The translations under genes and the position numbers were made by a program. Shown in pieces: positions 40,538 through 49,628 of a stretch of 64,000 nt of DNA (the first letter of the stretch is position 1; each line of letters opens with the position of its first letter). Under the pieces are notes generated by a model, which was not told where the DNA came from, searched no databases, and saw only the letters and a program-made list of their open reading frames with translations. The stretch comes from Lentisphaeria bacterium. Lineage in GTDB: Bacteria > Verrucomicrobiota > Lentisphaeria > JABSQK01 > JAWLHB01. The DNA lies in assembly GCA_041690595.1 (NCBI GenBank), contig JAWLHB010000005.1, forward strand, positions 1 through 64,000. The letters are read 5' to 3'.

Positions 40538-40747
40538 TCATTCCTCTTCGGCCTCCTGGCCATCGCCGTCCCCGCCGCTTCCGGCGCGGACCCATTCGTC
40601 GATCTCCGACAGCTTGAAGCGGAACAGACGACCGACCTTGTGTGCTGGCAGGCCCTTGGCCTCGATCCAGCGATAGACCGACTCGCGCCGCACGCCCAAA
40701 TGTGTCGCGGCCTCGCCGACATCAACCCAGCGCTCTTCAGTGCTCAT
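40538..40747 (-). CDS. Excisionase-like HTH regulator leading the defence operon
   Basis: RWVDV.EAA.HLGV.RESVYRWI...LPAHKVGRLFRF...EIDEWV. Confidence 0.88.
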   Translation of the reverse strand: MSTEERWVDVGEAATHLGVRRESVYRWIEAKGLPAHKVGRLFRFKLSEIDEWVRAGSGGDGDGQEAEEE

Positions 40748-40801
40748 GTGTCAATTTTCCTTTGCCTGCTGGGACATTGGGAGTCATCGAAAGTCTATCA
40801 A

Positions 40802-40829
40802 AATATATTACGCGCATGCTCAATGTCAA
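40802..40829 (-). promoter_or_regulatory. Sigma70-type promoter for the HTH-hsdM operon
   Basis: Minus strand TTGACA-16 nt-TATATT. Confidence 0.6.
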
Positions 40830-41131
40830 TGCCCTGGGAACCAGGGCGTGTCCGCCTTGGGCCGCCTAGGATTCAACTGACAGCAGGTGTTGGAAGCGGA
40901 GAGGGCGGAGAGGGGGCGGGGCAATGGCGGGGGATGAGCGGATGCGACACCTGACACCTTCAAGATTTCGTGTCGAAACGCTCAGCGCATAGCGCCGTAG
41001 TCGCATACATGCTCTCAATAGCTGGATGAGGAGAGGCAATCACCGCGAGACAAGGACCAATATAGTGACACCGACCACGGTCGTCATGAAACTGAGCATG
41101 CACAAATATGCAACACGTGTCCAAACACCGG

Positions 41132-42697
41132 TCAGGCGCGCCCTCTTCTGATGAGTTCTTCCTTGATCTTGCCGTTTATTCCGAGAATGCGCGTAGCCTT
41201 TTGGGCGACATCCCAGTTCCGATCAAGAACTAACGCGAAGGCCATTGGGTGACTGTTTACATAGCCCTTAAAACGGCCGTTGGTACCCAAGTGGTCATCT
41301 ACGTCCTTAAGTTGCCATTTTCGCTTGGACGGGCACTGCTCTAATAGCTTAATGCAGACCCGAATGTACTCCCGTATCTTCCCGAAATCCGCACCCATCT
41401 CGTGGAAGCTATCAGGGCACACAAGCTCCTGGCTCCCGCTCTGTTCAGTGTCTACTGATGGTACGACAGGTAGATGGCTCACGGACAGCTTAAGGCGACC
41501 TTCAGCCGCTGCCCTCGGGAGGGCATAGTCCATCAGCAGCCCCCTAAGGTCCCGAACTCCCCCATCCTCGAAATCCCAAGTCTCAAGTGCGTGTATCGCG
41601 GAGTTTCCAAGCGTGATCTCTGTGCCTCTTTTCGAGTTCCATTCTTGCACAAAGCACTCCGCCAGAAGAATAATGTCCTCTCGTCTCTCAGCAAGGCTCG
41701 GAACGGTGAATTGGAGTGTCTTTATGCGACTGTAAAGGTCACTTCGGAATCGCCCTGCTTTAACAAGCTCATCTAGGTTTCGATGCGTTGCAAGAATGAA
41801 CATCGACTGGGTCGATCTCTGTTTCGCCTCCCCAACCCGGCGATATGTTCCGTTATTCAAAACACTCAACAAAACCCCCTGGACGTCAAGCGGGAAGTCC
41901 GCAATCTCATCAAGCAGAACAGTCCCTCCGTTGGATTCCTCTATGGCCCCCGTTCGGTCTTCATTCGCGCCAGTAAACGCGCCCTTGACGTGTCCGAAGA
42001 GCTGAGATCGAATCAAGTTAGGGTCAGTCTCAGTCAATGTGACGTTGCGAAACTCACCAGAAGTAAGCTCAAGATTCATCCTTGCCCGATGTAGGGCCTC
42101 GGCAAGATATGTCTTCCCTGAGCCGATTTTCCCTCCCAGGACTACAACTCTAGAATCAACATGGGGGGATAGCTCCGATAGAAACTGTTGCATGGCTAAC
42201 GAACGGGTCGGGATTTGAGCAATCAGTTCTTTGACGTAACCGTGCCGTTCCCCCGCACACTTCCGCAACTGCGTCAGAACAGCACTCTTCAAATCATCGA
42301 TTACAGAGGCTCCTTCAAGGTCCCCTTTTTCAGCGAAGACGATCCGATCGAAATGCTCTCTACGCAGATGATTGTAGGCCTCATCAACTCTTGTTCCTGC
42401 TCTGCTGTCGTAAACTTCTCCCTCAAATGCCGTTGTCACGAAGACCACCGCAGAGTCGCTTTTTGCCAGAATCCAGCTAGCGTATCCGACACCATCACCA
42501 TCATCCAGCTTGTGGTCTACAATGGCAATGTCGACAGACCTATTTTCGCTTAGTGCCTTAGCTTTTTTCTCTCCAGATGCTTCCAGGATATCCAGGGATA
42601 GGTCGGGAACAGTCGTAGCCCATAGTTGAAATTGGCTTCTCCAAGCGAAACGCAAGCTCGCGTTGTTCTCCAAAATCATCACAGTGGTATTCGGCAT
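41132..42697 (-). CDS. Sigma54-dependent response regulator (REC + AAA+ bEBP)
   Basis: REC with IVDHKL; Walker A GKIGSGKT, LFGHVKGAFTGA, LDEIAD, ATHRNL, GRFRSDLY. Confidence 0.9.
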   Translation of the reverse strand: MPNTTVMILENNASLRFAWRSQFQLWATTVPDLSLDILEASGEKKAKALSENRSVDIAIVDHKLDDGDGVGYASWILAKSDSAVVFVTTAFEGEVYDSRAGTRVDEAYNHLRREHFDRIVFAEKGDLEGASVIDDLKSAVLTQLRKCAGERHGYVKELIAQIPTRSLAMQQFLSELSPHVDSRVVVLGGKIGSGKTYLAEALHRARMNLELTSGEFRNVTLTETDPNLIRSQLFGHVKGAFTGANEDRTGAIEESNGGTVLLDEIADFPLDVQGVLLSVLNNGTYRRVGEAKQRSTQSMFILATHRNLDELVKAGRFRSDLYSRIKTLQFTVPSLAERREDIILLAECFVQEWNSKRGTEITLGNSAIHALETWDFEDGGVRDLRGLLMDYALPRAAAEGRLKLSVSHLPVVPSVDTEQSGSQELVCPDSFHEMGADFGKIREYIRVCIKLLEQCPSKRKWQLKDVDDHLGTNGRFKGYVNSHPMAFALVLDRNWDVAQKATRILGINGKIKEELIRRGRA

Positions 42698-42701
42698 CTA
42701 T

Positions 42702-44363
42702 TTACCTCCCTTCATTGAGTGGAAACGAAAAGCGCACATTCGCCCTGAATGCCTCAAAAGGATCGCCAAGCCAAAGCTCGCCTCCGAGCAAGCGTTCAGA
42801 AAGGTAACGACATATCCAGATACCTCGCCCTGTTGTCGGAGGATCACTCTCGAGTTCAGCTTCGAAGAACTGCTTCTTCTTATCATCATCAATGGGACAT
42901 TCACTCAAGCAACCAAACTCAACGCGACAATCTTCGAGCACAACCTCGAGGCGAAGGGAACGGTTCTCAGGTTGGGCAATTGCATTGCGCATTAGGTTTG
43001 CCATCACAATGTGACATGGCCACAACTCAGGGATGTCGGAGTCATCGTCCCATGGTCCAATAAACTCACAGGACTCAACCTGTGCAATTTTCCAACAATT
43101 TCCAAATGCTCTTGCCATTTTCCGGAGTGTGTTTCTCTCGTTTGGCCAGCACTCCCTTCGAGGGTCCCAGAGAACATCCATGCTGTTGGCCATCATCGAA
43201 AGGAGGGTGTCTGCGCGAACACTAAGCAAGGCTCGTCGGACCAAAGCGTCAGCCGAGTTGCCGTCAGTCGGCACAAGCTCAAGAGCCAATCGCACTTGCG
43301 ATTGCACGCTTTCAGCCAGATTCTTGAGGTCATGCCGCAGCACAGCATGCCCCAGGCGCGCCATCGTGGCACGGCGAACAAAACTGGCTACGTTGTAGCC
43401 GACCTGACTGTTCACCAAGGAGACGACAATACGCAGAATGCTCTCAACACGCAAGGTGATATGGGCCGCTTCCTCTATGTTGTTATCCTCAACTTGTATC
43501 GCAAGAAACACTTCGGTCATGAAGCGTTCAGAGCCACATGCATAAAACATGGGCACTCGTGCATAGAAGTTACACTTGACCGCTCTGCCTGGATCAGGAA
43601 GACCTGGGAACTCCTCTGCCCGTCTCAAGCGGACAAGGTCGCTGAAGGTCTTGAATCTGCTGCCCGCAGTGCTCTCATCCTCTCCCAGGAGACGCCCCAG
43701 TGTCGTGCACGGTGTATGCGATGCAGTTGCCATCCTCGACGCACATGAGCTGACCACTACGTGGCCATTCGGTAACGGCGAAAAGCACACAAATCGTGTG
43801 ATTTCATTGCTACTTGGCACAAGGCAATGGCTGTGTTGAACTCCGTGTTCGTGGCGTTCAATTGGAGACAAGCGGTAGAGCCAAGCCTTTTCACTGAGGT
43901 CTCCAACAGCCTCGATGTCGCTCCCACGTAAGCGTTGAGCCAGAATTGATGGCGCATATATGTCTGCGATATGTTCTGCGCCGCCCTCGGAGAGCTCTCG
44001 CTCATGAATGGCGTCTATGATATCCGTATCGCCCGTCCTCAGTGCAATCCAGTTGCGCGTCGCCACGGTGTCCATGCTACGGAACGAGATAGGCAGCGAC
44101 AAATGAAACACGATCCATCCCAACGCCTCAAAGTGCTTTTCATTGGGCAAGGAAGCATACAGAAGCGCACCCAACTCCGTCAGGTCGTTTCCTCTACTGT
44201 CGGCCTTGCCAGATGGAGCTTTGAGACACTCCAGAAGCTCATGCGCGGGAACTGTATCACTTCCAACGTTAGATCGTTTGGATTCTGCAGACTCAGCCAA
44301 CTGGCGCTCTATGTGGTAGAGCGCACTGAGAACTGATGACTCAAGCTCTTGCGACATAGACAA
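42702..44363 (-). CDS. Soluble sensor histidine kinase (atypical)
   Basis: H-box RHDLKN, N-box NLMRNA, G2 box GRGIWI; no transmembrane segments; adjacent to the response regulator. Confidence 0.65.
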   Translation of the reverse strand: MSMSQELESSVLSALYHIERQLAESAESKRSNVGSDTVPAHELLECLKAPSGKADSRGNDLTELGALLYASLPNEKHFEALGWIVFHLSLPISFRSMDTVATRNWIALRTGDTDIIDAIHERELSEGGAEHIADIYAPSILAQRLRGSDIEAVGDLSEKAWLYRLSPIERHEHGVQHSHCLVPSSNEITRFVCFSPLPNGHVVVSSCASRMATASHTPCTTLGRLLGEDESTAGSRFKTFSDLVRLRRAEEFPGLPDPGRAVKCNFYARVPMFYACGSERFMTEVFLAIQVEDNNIEEAAHITLRVESILRIVVSLVNSQVGYNVASFVRRATMARLGHAVLRHDLKNLAESVQSQVRLALELVPTDGNSADALVRRALLSVRADTLLSMMANSMDVLWDPRRECWPNERNTLRKMARAFGNCWKIAQVESCEFIGPWDDDSDIPELWPCHIVMANLMRNAIAQPENRSLRLEVVLEDCRVEFGCLSECPIDDDKKKQFFEAELESDPPTTGRGIWICRYLSERLLGGELWLGDPFEAFRANVRFSFPLNEGR

Positions 44364-45141
44364 CCTCCTGGCTTAGGGCGACGTGTTGCGAGGGCATGGC
44401 CGCCATGAACTCAACTGAACGGAATCCGGCTTCCATGAGTAGCGAAAGCATCTCGTCCTGGGTGTAAATCCGTATCGAGTATTCCCGGCTAGTGGCATGC
44501 CCCTCCTTCTCAATCCTCCACGTTCCGTGCAAAACGCCATTAGTCATATCAAAGTCTTCATCAATAAGAAGAATGCCACCATGTGTAAGGTGCCGTACAG
44601 CCCTGTCCCGATATTTTCCTGAGTAGGCCAAGATGGGATTGACGTCTGTGTGCATGAGTAAAGTGCCTCCTTGGGCCAACGAAGAACGAAAGCCCCGCAA
44701 GGCCGCCAGATTCTCGCTGTCGCTTGAGAAGAAACCAAACGACAGAAACATGTTGATGCACAGATCGAAAAGTCCAATCTCGGGAAGTTGACGCATGTCT
44801 GCTTGAATAAATACAGGGGCCTCACGTTTACAGCGTGATGCCGCTGAGCGGGCCTCGTCGAGGAATTGTGGGCAAAGGTCAATACCAGTAACACGGTATC
44901 CCCGTCTTGCCAACTCATTTGAATGTCGACCATAGCCGCATGGACAATCCAGAATCCGGGCCCCCGAACCAGGTTGAGCTATTGCTTCAATCATATCACA
45001 CTCGCGTTTCGTTCGGGTCGTTAGATCTTGGCAAACATCAATCAGGTGTCCCTCCTGCGAATCATCGCCTTTCCGGTATACAGCGGGGAAGAAAGTGTCT
45101 GGCTTAGTGCTGTCCCACCATGGGGATTTTGATCTTGTCAT
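44341..45141 (-). CDS. Class I SAM-dependent methyltransferase
   Basis: ILDCPCGYGRH, TGIDL, ADMRQL, SFGFF; start placed at MTRSKS. Confidence 0.88.
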   Translation of the reverse strand: MTRSKSPWWDSTKPDTFFPAVYRKGDDSQEGHLIDVCQDLTTRTKRECDMIEAIAQPGSGARILDCPCGYGRHSNELARRGYRVTGIDLCPQFLDEARSAASRCKREAPVFIQADMRQLPEIGLFDLCINMFLSFGFFSSDSENLAALRGFRSSLAQGGTLLMHTDVNPILAYSGKYRDRAVRHLTHGGILLIDEDFDMTNGVLHGTWRIEKEGHATSREYSIRIYTQDEMLSLLMEAGFRSVEFMAAMPSQHVALSQEVVYVARA

Positions 45142-45169
45142 ATCGGCGGTATATGCCTTTAATAGTCGG

Positions 45170-46846
45170 TTAGAGTTGCTGCAACAGGATTTTCCCTTCA
45201 CCCACGATATACGTGCGTTCGGCAAGGATAGAGACTCGCATGTCATGCGAGGTCAACAGTATCACCTTTTTGGTGCCCAATGCCCGGAAGAGCGCAGCCA
45301 GTTTCTCAAAGTTTGTCTGGTCCAGGCCTGTTGTTGGCTCATCAGCGAGGACAATTTCCGCTTCCGACAAGATCGCACAATAGAGCGACACACAGTGGGC
45401 CTCGCCCCCAGACAAACATTGAACTGGTTTCAGCCAGAAGGGATCGACTTGGGATTTGATTGGCGAAATGTTCAGCTCTCCGAGCTTTGAAAAGAGCGGC
45501 CCGAGGACGACTTCCGGGTGCATGGCCTGGCGGTGCGCTTTTGCCCCAGACCATGACGCAAACAGGCTCTCCACGACAGAAAGTCCTTCCGGTGCCTGTG
45601 CCTCGCCGTCGACTTTGCTGCTTCCGAGGGTCTCCATTGGATTTTGCAGCAGTATATAGCACGGCCTCCGCTGTGGCGGAAGATGCAAAAAGCTGTCGCC
45701 GTTCGAACTGATGTCGCCGCCTGAAGCATGAATTGTACCCGCGATAGTCTTGAGCAGAGTCGACTTGCCCGTACCATTCGGTCCACGAATAAGGTTGATC
45801 CCTCTGTGAAATTCTGCTGATGCTTGGTCGAAGACAATTCGCCTCTCCGAACCAATGTCATAATGCACTGACAGGTTAACCACGCTAAGAATGTCGTGAC
45901 GCCTGGCTTTGCAGAAAGATAAACTTGCTGTGATCCTGGATAATGATGGCATACGGGCAAGCGATAGCATGAGTAAGACCGCGAAGATCAGTTTCCACAG
46001 CATCGGATTCGGTGACTTAGAAATAGTTATGAAAAGGAGCGTTTCAAAAAAGACAGCTCCAATTAAAGCCAAGACGCTTGGGGAAAGAAGGATTGAGCTC
46101 AAGAGATGCATGCGTGGTGAAAACGACAGAACGCTTGAGGAACTTGATCTTCTAAAAAGGCGCCCGGATAGGCGAATCAGATCAGCTATACGAGCAACAC
46201 AAAGGAAGGAGCACAACGAAACCAGCAGAAACTCAAATGAACCGCCACTTTTTGCCATTCCTTGCGAGTGAGCATAGAGCGATCCCCCTATGCCATAAAG
46301 TGTTCCCGATAGGCAGTAGGCAGCGCATCGCAATAGCGATGACGAATACACAGTATTGACACGGCATCCCGTACCTAGCTTTCTGGCTGCCAAGCCGAAG
46401 CGGCTATTGTATGCAGCGAAGGCCGCTATACCAAGAATTGCAACGAGCACCGGCTGCCACCACTGGACTGTGCCGAATCCCCTGAAGAGCACCGTGTCGG
46501 GCATCACAACGGATTCTCCAATGAGAACTACCGAGACGGAATGTGACGCAAGGCTAAATATCACTCCGGCCATCAAAACGTTGATTCCAAGATGCGCATG
46601 CAGAGTTGAGACAAACAGAGAAAGCAGCGCGCCTGTCGCAGTCCCTGCTGTGATGGACAGAAAGTATGAGCCGGAGGCACGCCACACTATGGCGCATGAT
46701 ATTCCAGACAGAATGGCTATACCGTCTACACTGACATCCAGTTCTCGGAAATATGTGTAGAGAAGTCCCACTCCTAAGACGATAGGGAACCAGAGAAGGC
46801 CATCTGCGAGACCTATACGGAGGATGTCGGTTAGACTACCGGTCAC
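45170..46846 (-). CDS. Fused ABC transporter permease + ATPase
   Basis: N-terminal multi-TM domain (DVSVDG, INVLMAG) of BPD_transp_2 type; C-terminal GPNGTGKST, LSGGE, LADEPT, SHD in the same ORF. Confidence 0.85.
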   Translation of the reverse strand: MTGSLTDILRIGLADGLLWFPIVLGVGLLYTYFRELDVSVDGIAILSGISCAIVWRASGSYFLSITAGTATGALLSLFVSTLHAHLGINVLMAGVIFSLASHSVSVVLIGESVVMPDTVLFRGFGTVQWWQPVLVAILGIAAFAAYNSRFGLAARKLGTGCRVNTVYSSSLLRCAAYCLSGTLYGIGGSLYAHSQGMAKSGGSFEFLLVSLCSFLCVARIADLIRLSGRLFRRSSSSSVLSFSPRMHLLSSILLSPSVLALIGAVFFETLLFITISKSPNPMLWKLIFAVLLMLSLARMPSLSRITASLSFCKARRHDILSVVNLSVHYDIGSERRIVFDQASAEFHRGINLIRGPNGTGKSTLLKTIAGTIHASGGDISSNGDSFLHLPPQRRPCYILLQNPMETLGSSKVDGEAQAPEGLSVVESLFASWSGAKAHRQAMHPEVVLGPLFSKLGELNISPIKSQVDPFWLKPVQCLSGGEAHCVSLYCAILSEAEIVLADEPTTGLDQTNFEKLAALFRALGTKKVILLTSHDMRVSILAERTYIVGEGKILLQQL

Positions 46847-48270
46847 GGGGCCTCCTCCACAGTTGCGTCGCGGATATCAAAGTGTCTCTTCATGGCAATG
46901 GCTTCCTGCCAGACTCGGAAAACCTCTTCCCGGGGCATTTCTTCGAGGTCGAAGACTGGTGGCTCGTTGTACCTGCCCCAGAACTCCCACTGAGGCGTGT
47001 CGGACCAGAATGGAGCGTGGGGAATCAGTCCGTAGTTCTGAGGCGACGAGAACATGGGCAGGCCAGGGTACGGAACAAAAACTGAGCAATCCACATAGTC
47101 CAATAGGTGATTGTCGAAAAGCGACTCCATTAGCTCAAGAGTTTTCTGTGCGCTCGCAGCGGTCTCGCCGGGATAGCCAAACATGAAGAATGCGCCAGTC
47201 TTCAGCCCAGCACTCTTCGCGGTCGCCAGTTTTTCGCGCACGACGAAAGTGGTCTCGCCTTTCCCCATTGAACTCAGCATGCTTTGGTCCGCGGTTTCAA
47301 GTCCTACCCAAACGGCCCTGCCCCCCGCAGCGCGGAACGCTTGCGCGCCAGAAGCAGAGATCATCTGCAAGCGGGTTAGAATGTAAAAGTGCTCATCAAG
47401 CTCGACCTCAGAGAACGCCTGGGAACAGAACGTGGAGAACTCACGATGCCGCATGTCAATGATGCTGTCCCCCAGGCCATATACGCGCACTCCCAAAGCT
47501 CTCAACGCGCGAAGCTCATCATTTACGCAATCAGCCATGCGATGAAAACGAACTCGGTCAGCCTGCCAATAGAGGGATTCGAGACAGAATGGGCAAGAAT
47601 GTGAGCAACCACGGCCAGCCATGACTACTGCCCCATGGTCAGGTTCTATCTGCGAGTGATCACACAGCGAATAGTCAATTGGAGGAGGCGGAACTCCGTT
47701 CGCGCGGGCAGATTGCCCAAACTCGGCTGGACGGCCGGGGGTTGCGATTCCGGGGTAAAGGAAACGCAAACTGCGGTCTTCAAAATGAGCAAGTATATGT
47801 TGTAATTTGGCTTCTCCTGGCCCGAGTATCACAGCGTCAAAAGGACTTGTGGGGTCATGAAGCAGGGACTCAGACATGAAAGATGCGTGGGGCCCTCCGG
47901 TGATAATAGTGACATCATGCTTTGCGGAGCGGCAGCAACGAGCCGCATAAATAGCCCAGTTCGCCATGTTGGTATAAGGAGCGACAATGCATATCAGCAC
48001 AGGGTCCGTTGCGGCAATAGACTCGGTCAGGGTCCGCTCAACACATTGAGCAACACCACGCGAGTTTTGCTCTGAGGGCGGTAGCCTGTGAACTGCTGCG
48101 TCAAGGTTGATTACTTTTGGCAGCAGGCCGGATGACTCGCCCCAATCCCTGATGCAGGTGGCTATCAGGACTGCTGTCCGGGGAAAACCATAAGTGAAGG
48201 AAAAAGCAGGCTCCGCAGAGAGCGTGCCAAATGCCTCCATCGCGATGACTAGAGCGTTTTTCACGAGCAA
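46843..48270 (-). CDS. B12-binding-domain radical SAM enzyme
   Basis: GGPHAS and GPGE cobalamin-domain motifs; GRGCSHSCPFC (CxxxCxxC); GLET, FGYPGET, PYPG. Confidence 0.9.
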   Translation of the reverse strand: MLVKNALVIAMEAFGTLSAEPAFSFTYGFPRTAVLIATCIRDWGESSGLLPKVINLDAAVHRLPPSEQNSRGVAQCVERTLTESIAATDPVLICIVAPYTNMANWAIYAARCCRSAKHDVTIITGGPHASFMSESLLHDPTSPFDAVILGPGEAKLQHILAHFEDRSLRFLYPGIATPGRPAEFGQSARANGVPPPPIDYSLCDHSQIEPDHGAVVMAGRGCSHSCPFCLESLYWQADRVRFHRMADCVNDELRALRALGVRVYGLGDSIIDMRHREFSTFCSQAFSEVELDEHFYILTRLQMISASGAQAFRAAGGRAVWVGLETADQSMLSSMGKGETTFVVREKLATAKSAGLKTGAFFMFGYPGETAASAQKTLELMESLFDNHLLDYVDCSVFVPYPGLPMFSSPQNYGLIPHAPFWSDTPQWEFWGRYNEPPVFDLEEMPREEVFRVWQEAIAMKRHFDIRDATVEEAP

Positions 48271-49326
48271 TCACTCGCCGCCGAAGATGACCGCCCCGTC
48301 GCGTATGTCTCCAGGTAGCGGAGGAAGACCAAGCTTCTGCCAGGAATCGGCGTTGAAGTAGGCACTGGCAGTATCCTGCTGGATGATTGGCATGGTCCTT
48401 GGGTTGGTTCCCTGCATTATCTTGAGGCAGGTTTCTGCTGTTATTCTGCCTATATACCCATAATCGACAGACACACCATATGCAGCTCCGTCTTTTCGAA
48501 CCGTTCCATCGTCCAGCGAAAAGACAGGAACGGGTCCATTCGGGGCTTCCAAGCCAATCTTAACAACGGTGGGCGCCTTCTTTATGACGTATTTGTCGTG
48601 AGGAATGATCAGCAACTGAGCCCCCTCCAACACCAAGTTTCGAGCAACTTTGTCGACATCCTCCTCGCTCGTGACGATGCCATCGATAACTTCTATCCCA
48701 ACTGCTTCGAGCGCCGATGATATTTTCATGGCTGTGTTCTTGGAGTTTATCTCCGCGTTGTTGAACATGACCCCAGCCTTCTTGATGTCCGGAGTGACCC
48801 GCCTGATCAGATCGGCACCAAAACTGTAGGCATCTTGTCGGGGCATGTCGGTCAACACGGCTACGTCTCGGGAGCGCGGAGGATCCAGGCCAATCGCTGT
48901 CAGTTGCTCAACTTTGCTCGGATCTGAGATGCAGGAACTCACTACAGGAGGGAGGCTACCGGCGTACCGCGGTGCCAGTCCCGTGTTAGTGAGCTGAGTT
49001 CCGACCAGAACCAGAACGTCTGGATTCTTGAGAAGGGCAGCGTTGACTACGGTCTGGAAACGAGTTGGGTCACCCTCTGCGCTGAAGTAGCTAACATCGA
49101 CGCCTTCTGCCTCAAGCACCTCCCTGGCTTCCTTCTGGAACTGAAGAAAGGCGTCAACTGTGACGGGAAAGACAGCAGACACTGTGCGCGGACCGGCGGG
49201 TGCGGCGGGTGCGGCGGGGGTAGTTGGCAGTCTCGTTTCGGAAGGTTGCCGCAGTGAAATGAGCAAGCCGATCACGCTTGCAGTAATGATACCAATTAGT
49301 ATGCCGAGTTTTACTTTTCTGCTCAC
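48271..49326 (-). CDS. ABC transporter substrate-binding protein (ABC_sub_bind, aromatic amino acid-binding-like family)
   Basis: N-terminal membrane anchor, Pro/Ala linker, SAEGD, ISDP, N.AE.NS, VDY...G motifs; GTG start. Confidence 0.8.
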   Translation of the reverse strand: MSRKVKLGILIGIITASVIGLLISLRQPSETRLPTTPAAPAAPAGPRTVSAVFPVTVDAFLQFQKEAREVLEAEGVDVSYFSAEGDPTRFQTVVNAALLKNPDVLVLVGTQLTNTGLAPRYAGSLPPVVSSCISDPSKVEQLTAIGLDPPRSRDVAVLTDMPRQDAYSFGADLIRRVTPDIKKAGVMFNNAEINSKNTAMKISSALEAVGIEVIDGIVTSEEDVDKVARNLVLEGAQLLIIPHDKYVIKKAPTVVKIGLEAPNGPVPVFSLDDGTVRKDGAAYGVSVDYGYIGRITAETCLKIMQGTNPRTMPIIQQDTASAYFNADSWQKLGLPPLPGDIRDGAVIFGGE

Positions 49327-49408
49327 GTGCCACTTCCGTTTCTTCTGTTATTTCTCACAACCCCCAACTTCCCTGGTCGCTGCCGACTGGCAAGTCGTTA
49401 CATGGCAT

Positions 49409-49425
49409 AGCAGATCGCGTGCCAA
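49409..49425 (-). promoter_or_regulatory. Sigma54 (-24/-12) promoter
   Basis: Minus strand TTGGCACGCGATCTGCT with exact GG-N10-GC spacing, about 80 nt upstream of the first operon gene. Confidence 0.85.
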
Positions 49426-49512
49426 CCCCGATTGGCTTGCATCAATTCTGGAGTGGCGAGGTCGATGTTGCTGTAAGGTACCACCCACAGTGCATTTCTA
49501 TCGAGATCACAA

Positions 49513-49559
49513 GGTAAGTCCTGACTTACCAAGTGTGTCCTGGTAAGCCTCGACCTACT
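49513..49559. promoter_or_regulatory. Tandem palindromic upstream activator-like sites
   Basis: Perfect GGTAAGTC-CT-GACTTACC (49513-49530) and degenerate GGTAAGCC-TC-GACCTACT (49542-49559), roughly 115-160 bp upstream of the predicted transcription start. Confidence 0.7.
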
Positions 49560-49628
49560 TCCGTAGGTTCAGAGGATCGAGCAGCCATCTCGGAGGGCGG
49601 AGGGATCAGCAGGTTAGGATAGAGCAAT

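Noticed and set aside
40538..40747. True prophage excisionase marking an att site
   Set aside because: No integrase is adjacent; this HTH type commonly leads R-M/defence operons, and here it sits directly ahead of hsdM.
41109..41124. Second sigma54 promoter (minus strand TTGGACACGTGTTGCA)
   Set aside because: GG-to-GC spacing is 9 nt rather than the required 10, and only a ~19-codon ORF without a clear RBS follows.
49355..49408. RiPP precursor peptide MPCNDLPVGSDQGSWGL for the radical SAM enzyme
   Set aside because: Its ATG abuts the -12 element, upstream of the predicted transcription start, and it has no RBS; the enzyme also lacks obvious SPASM/RRE features.
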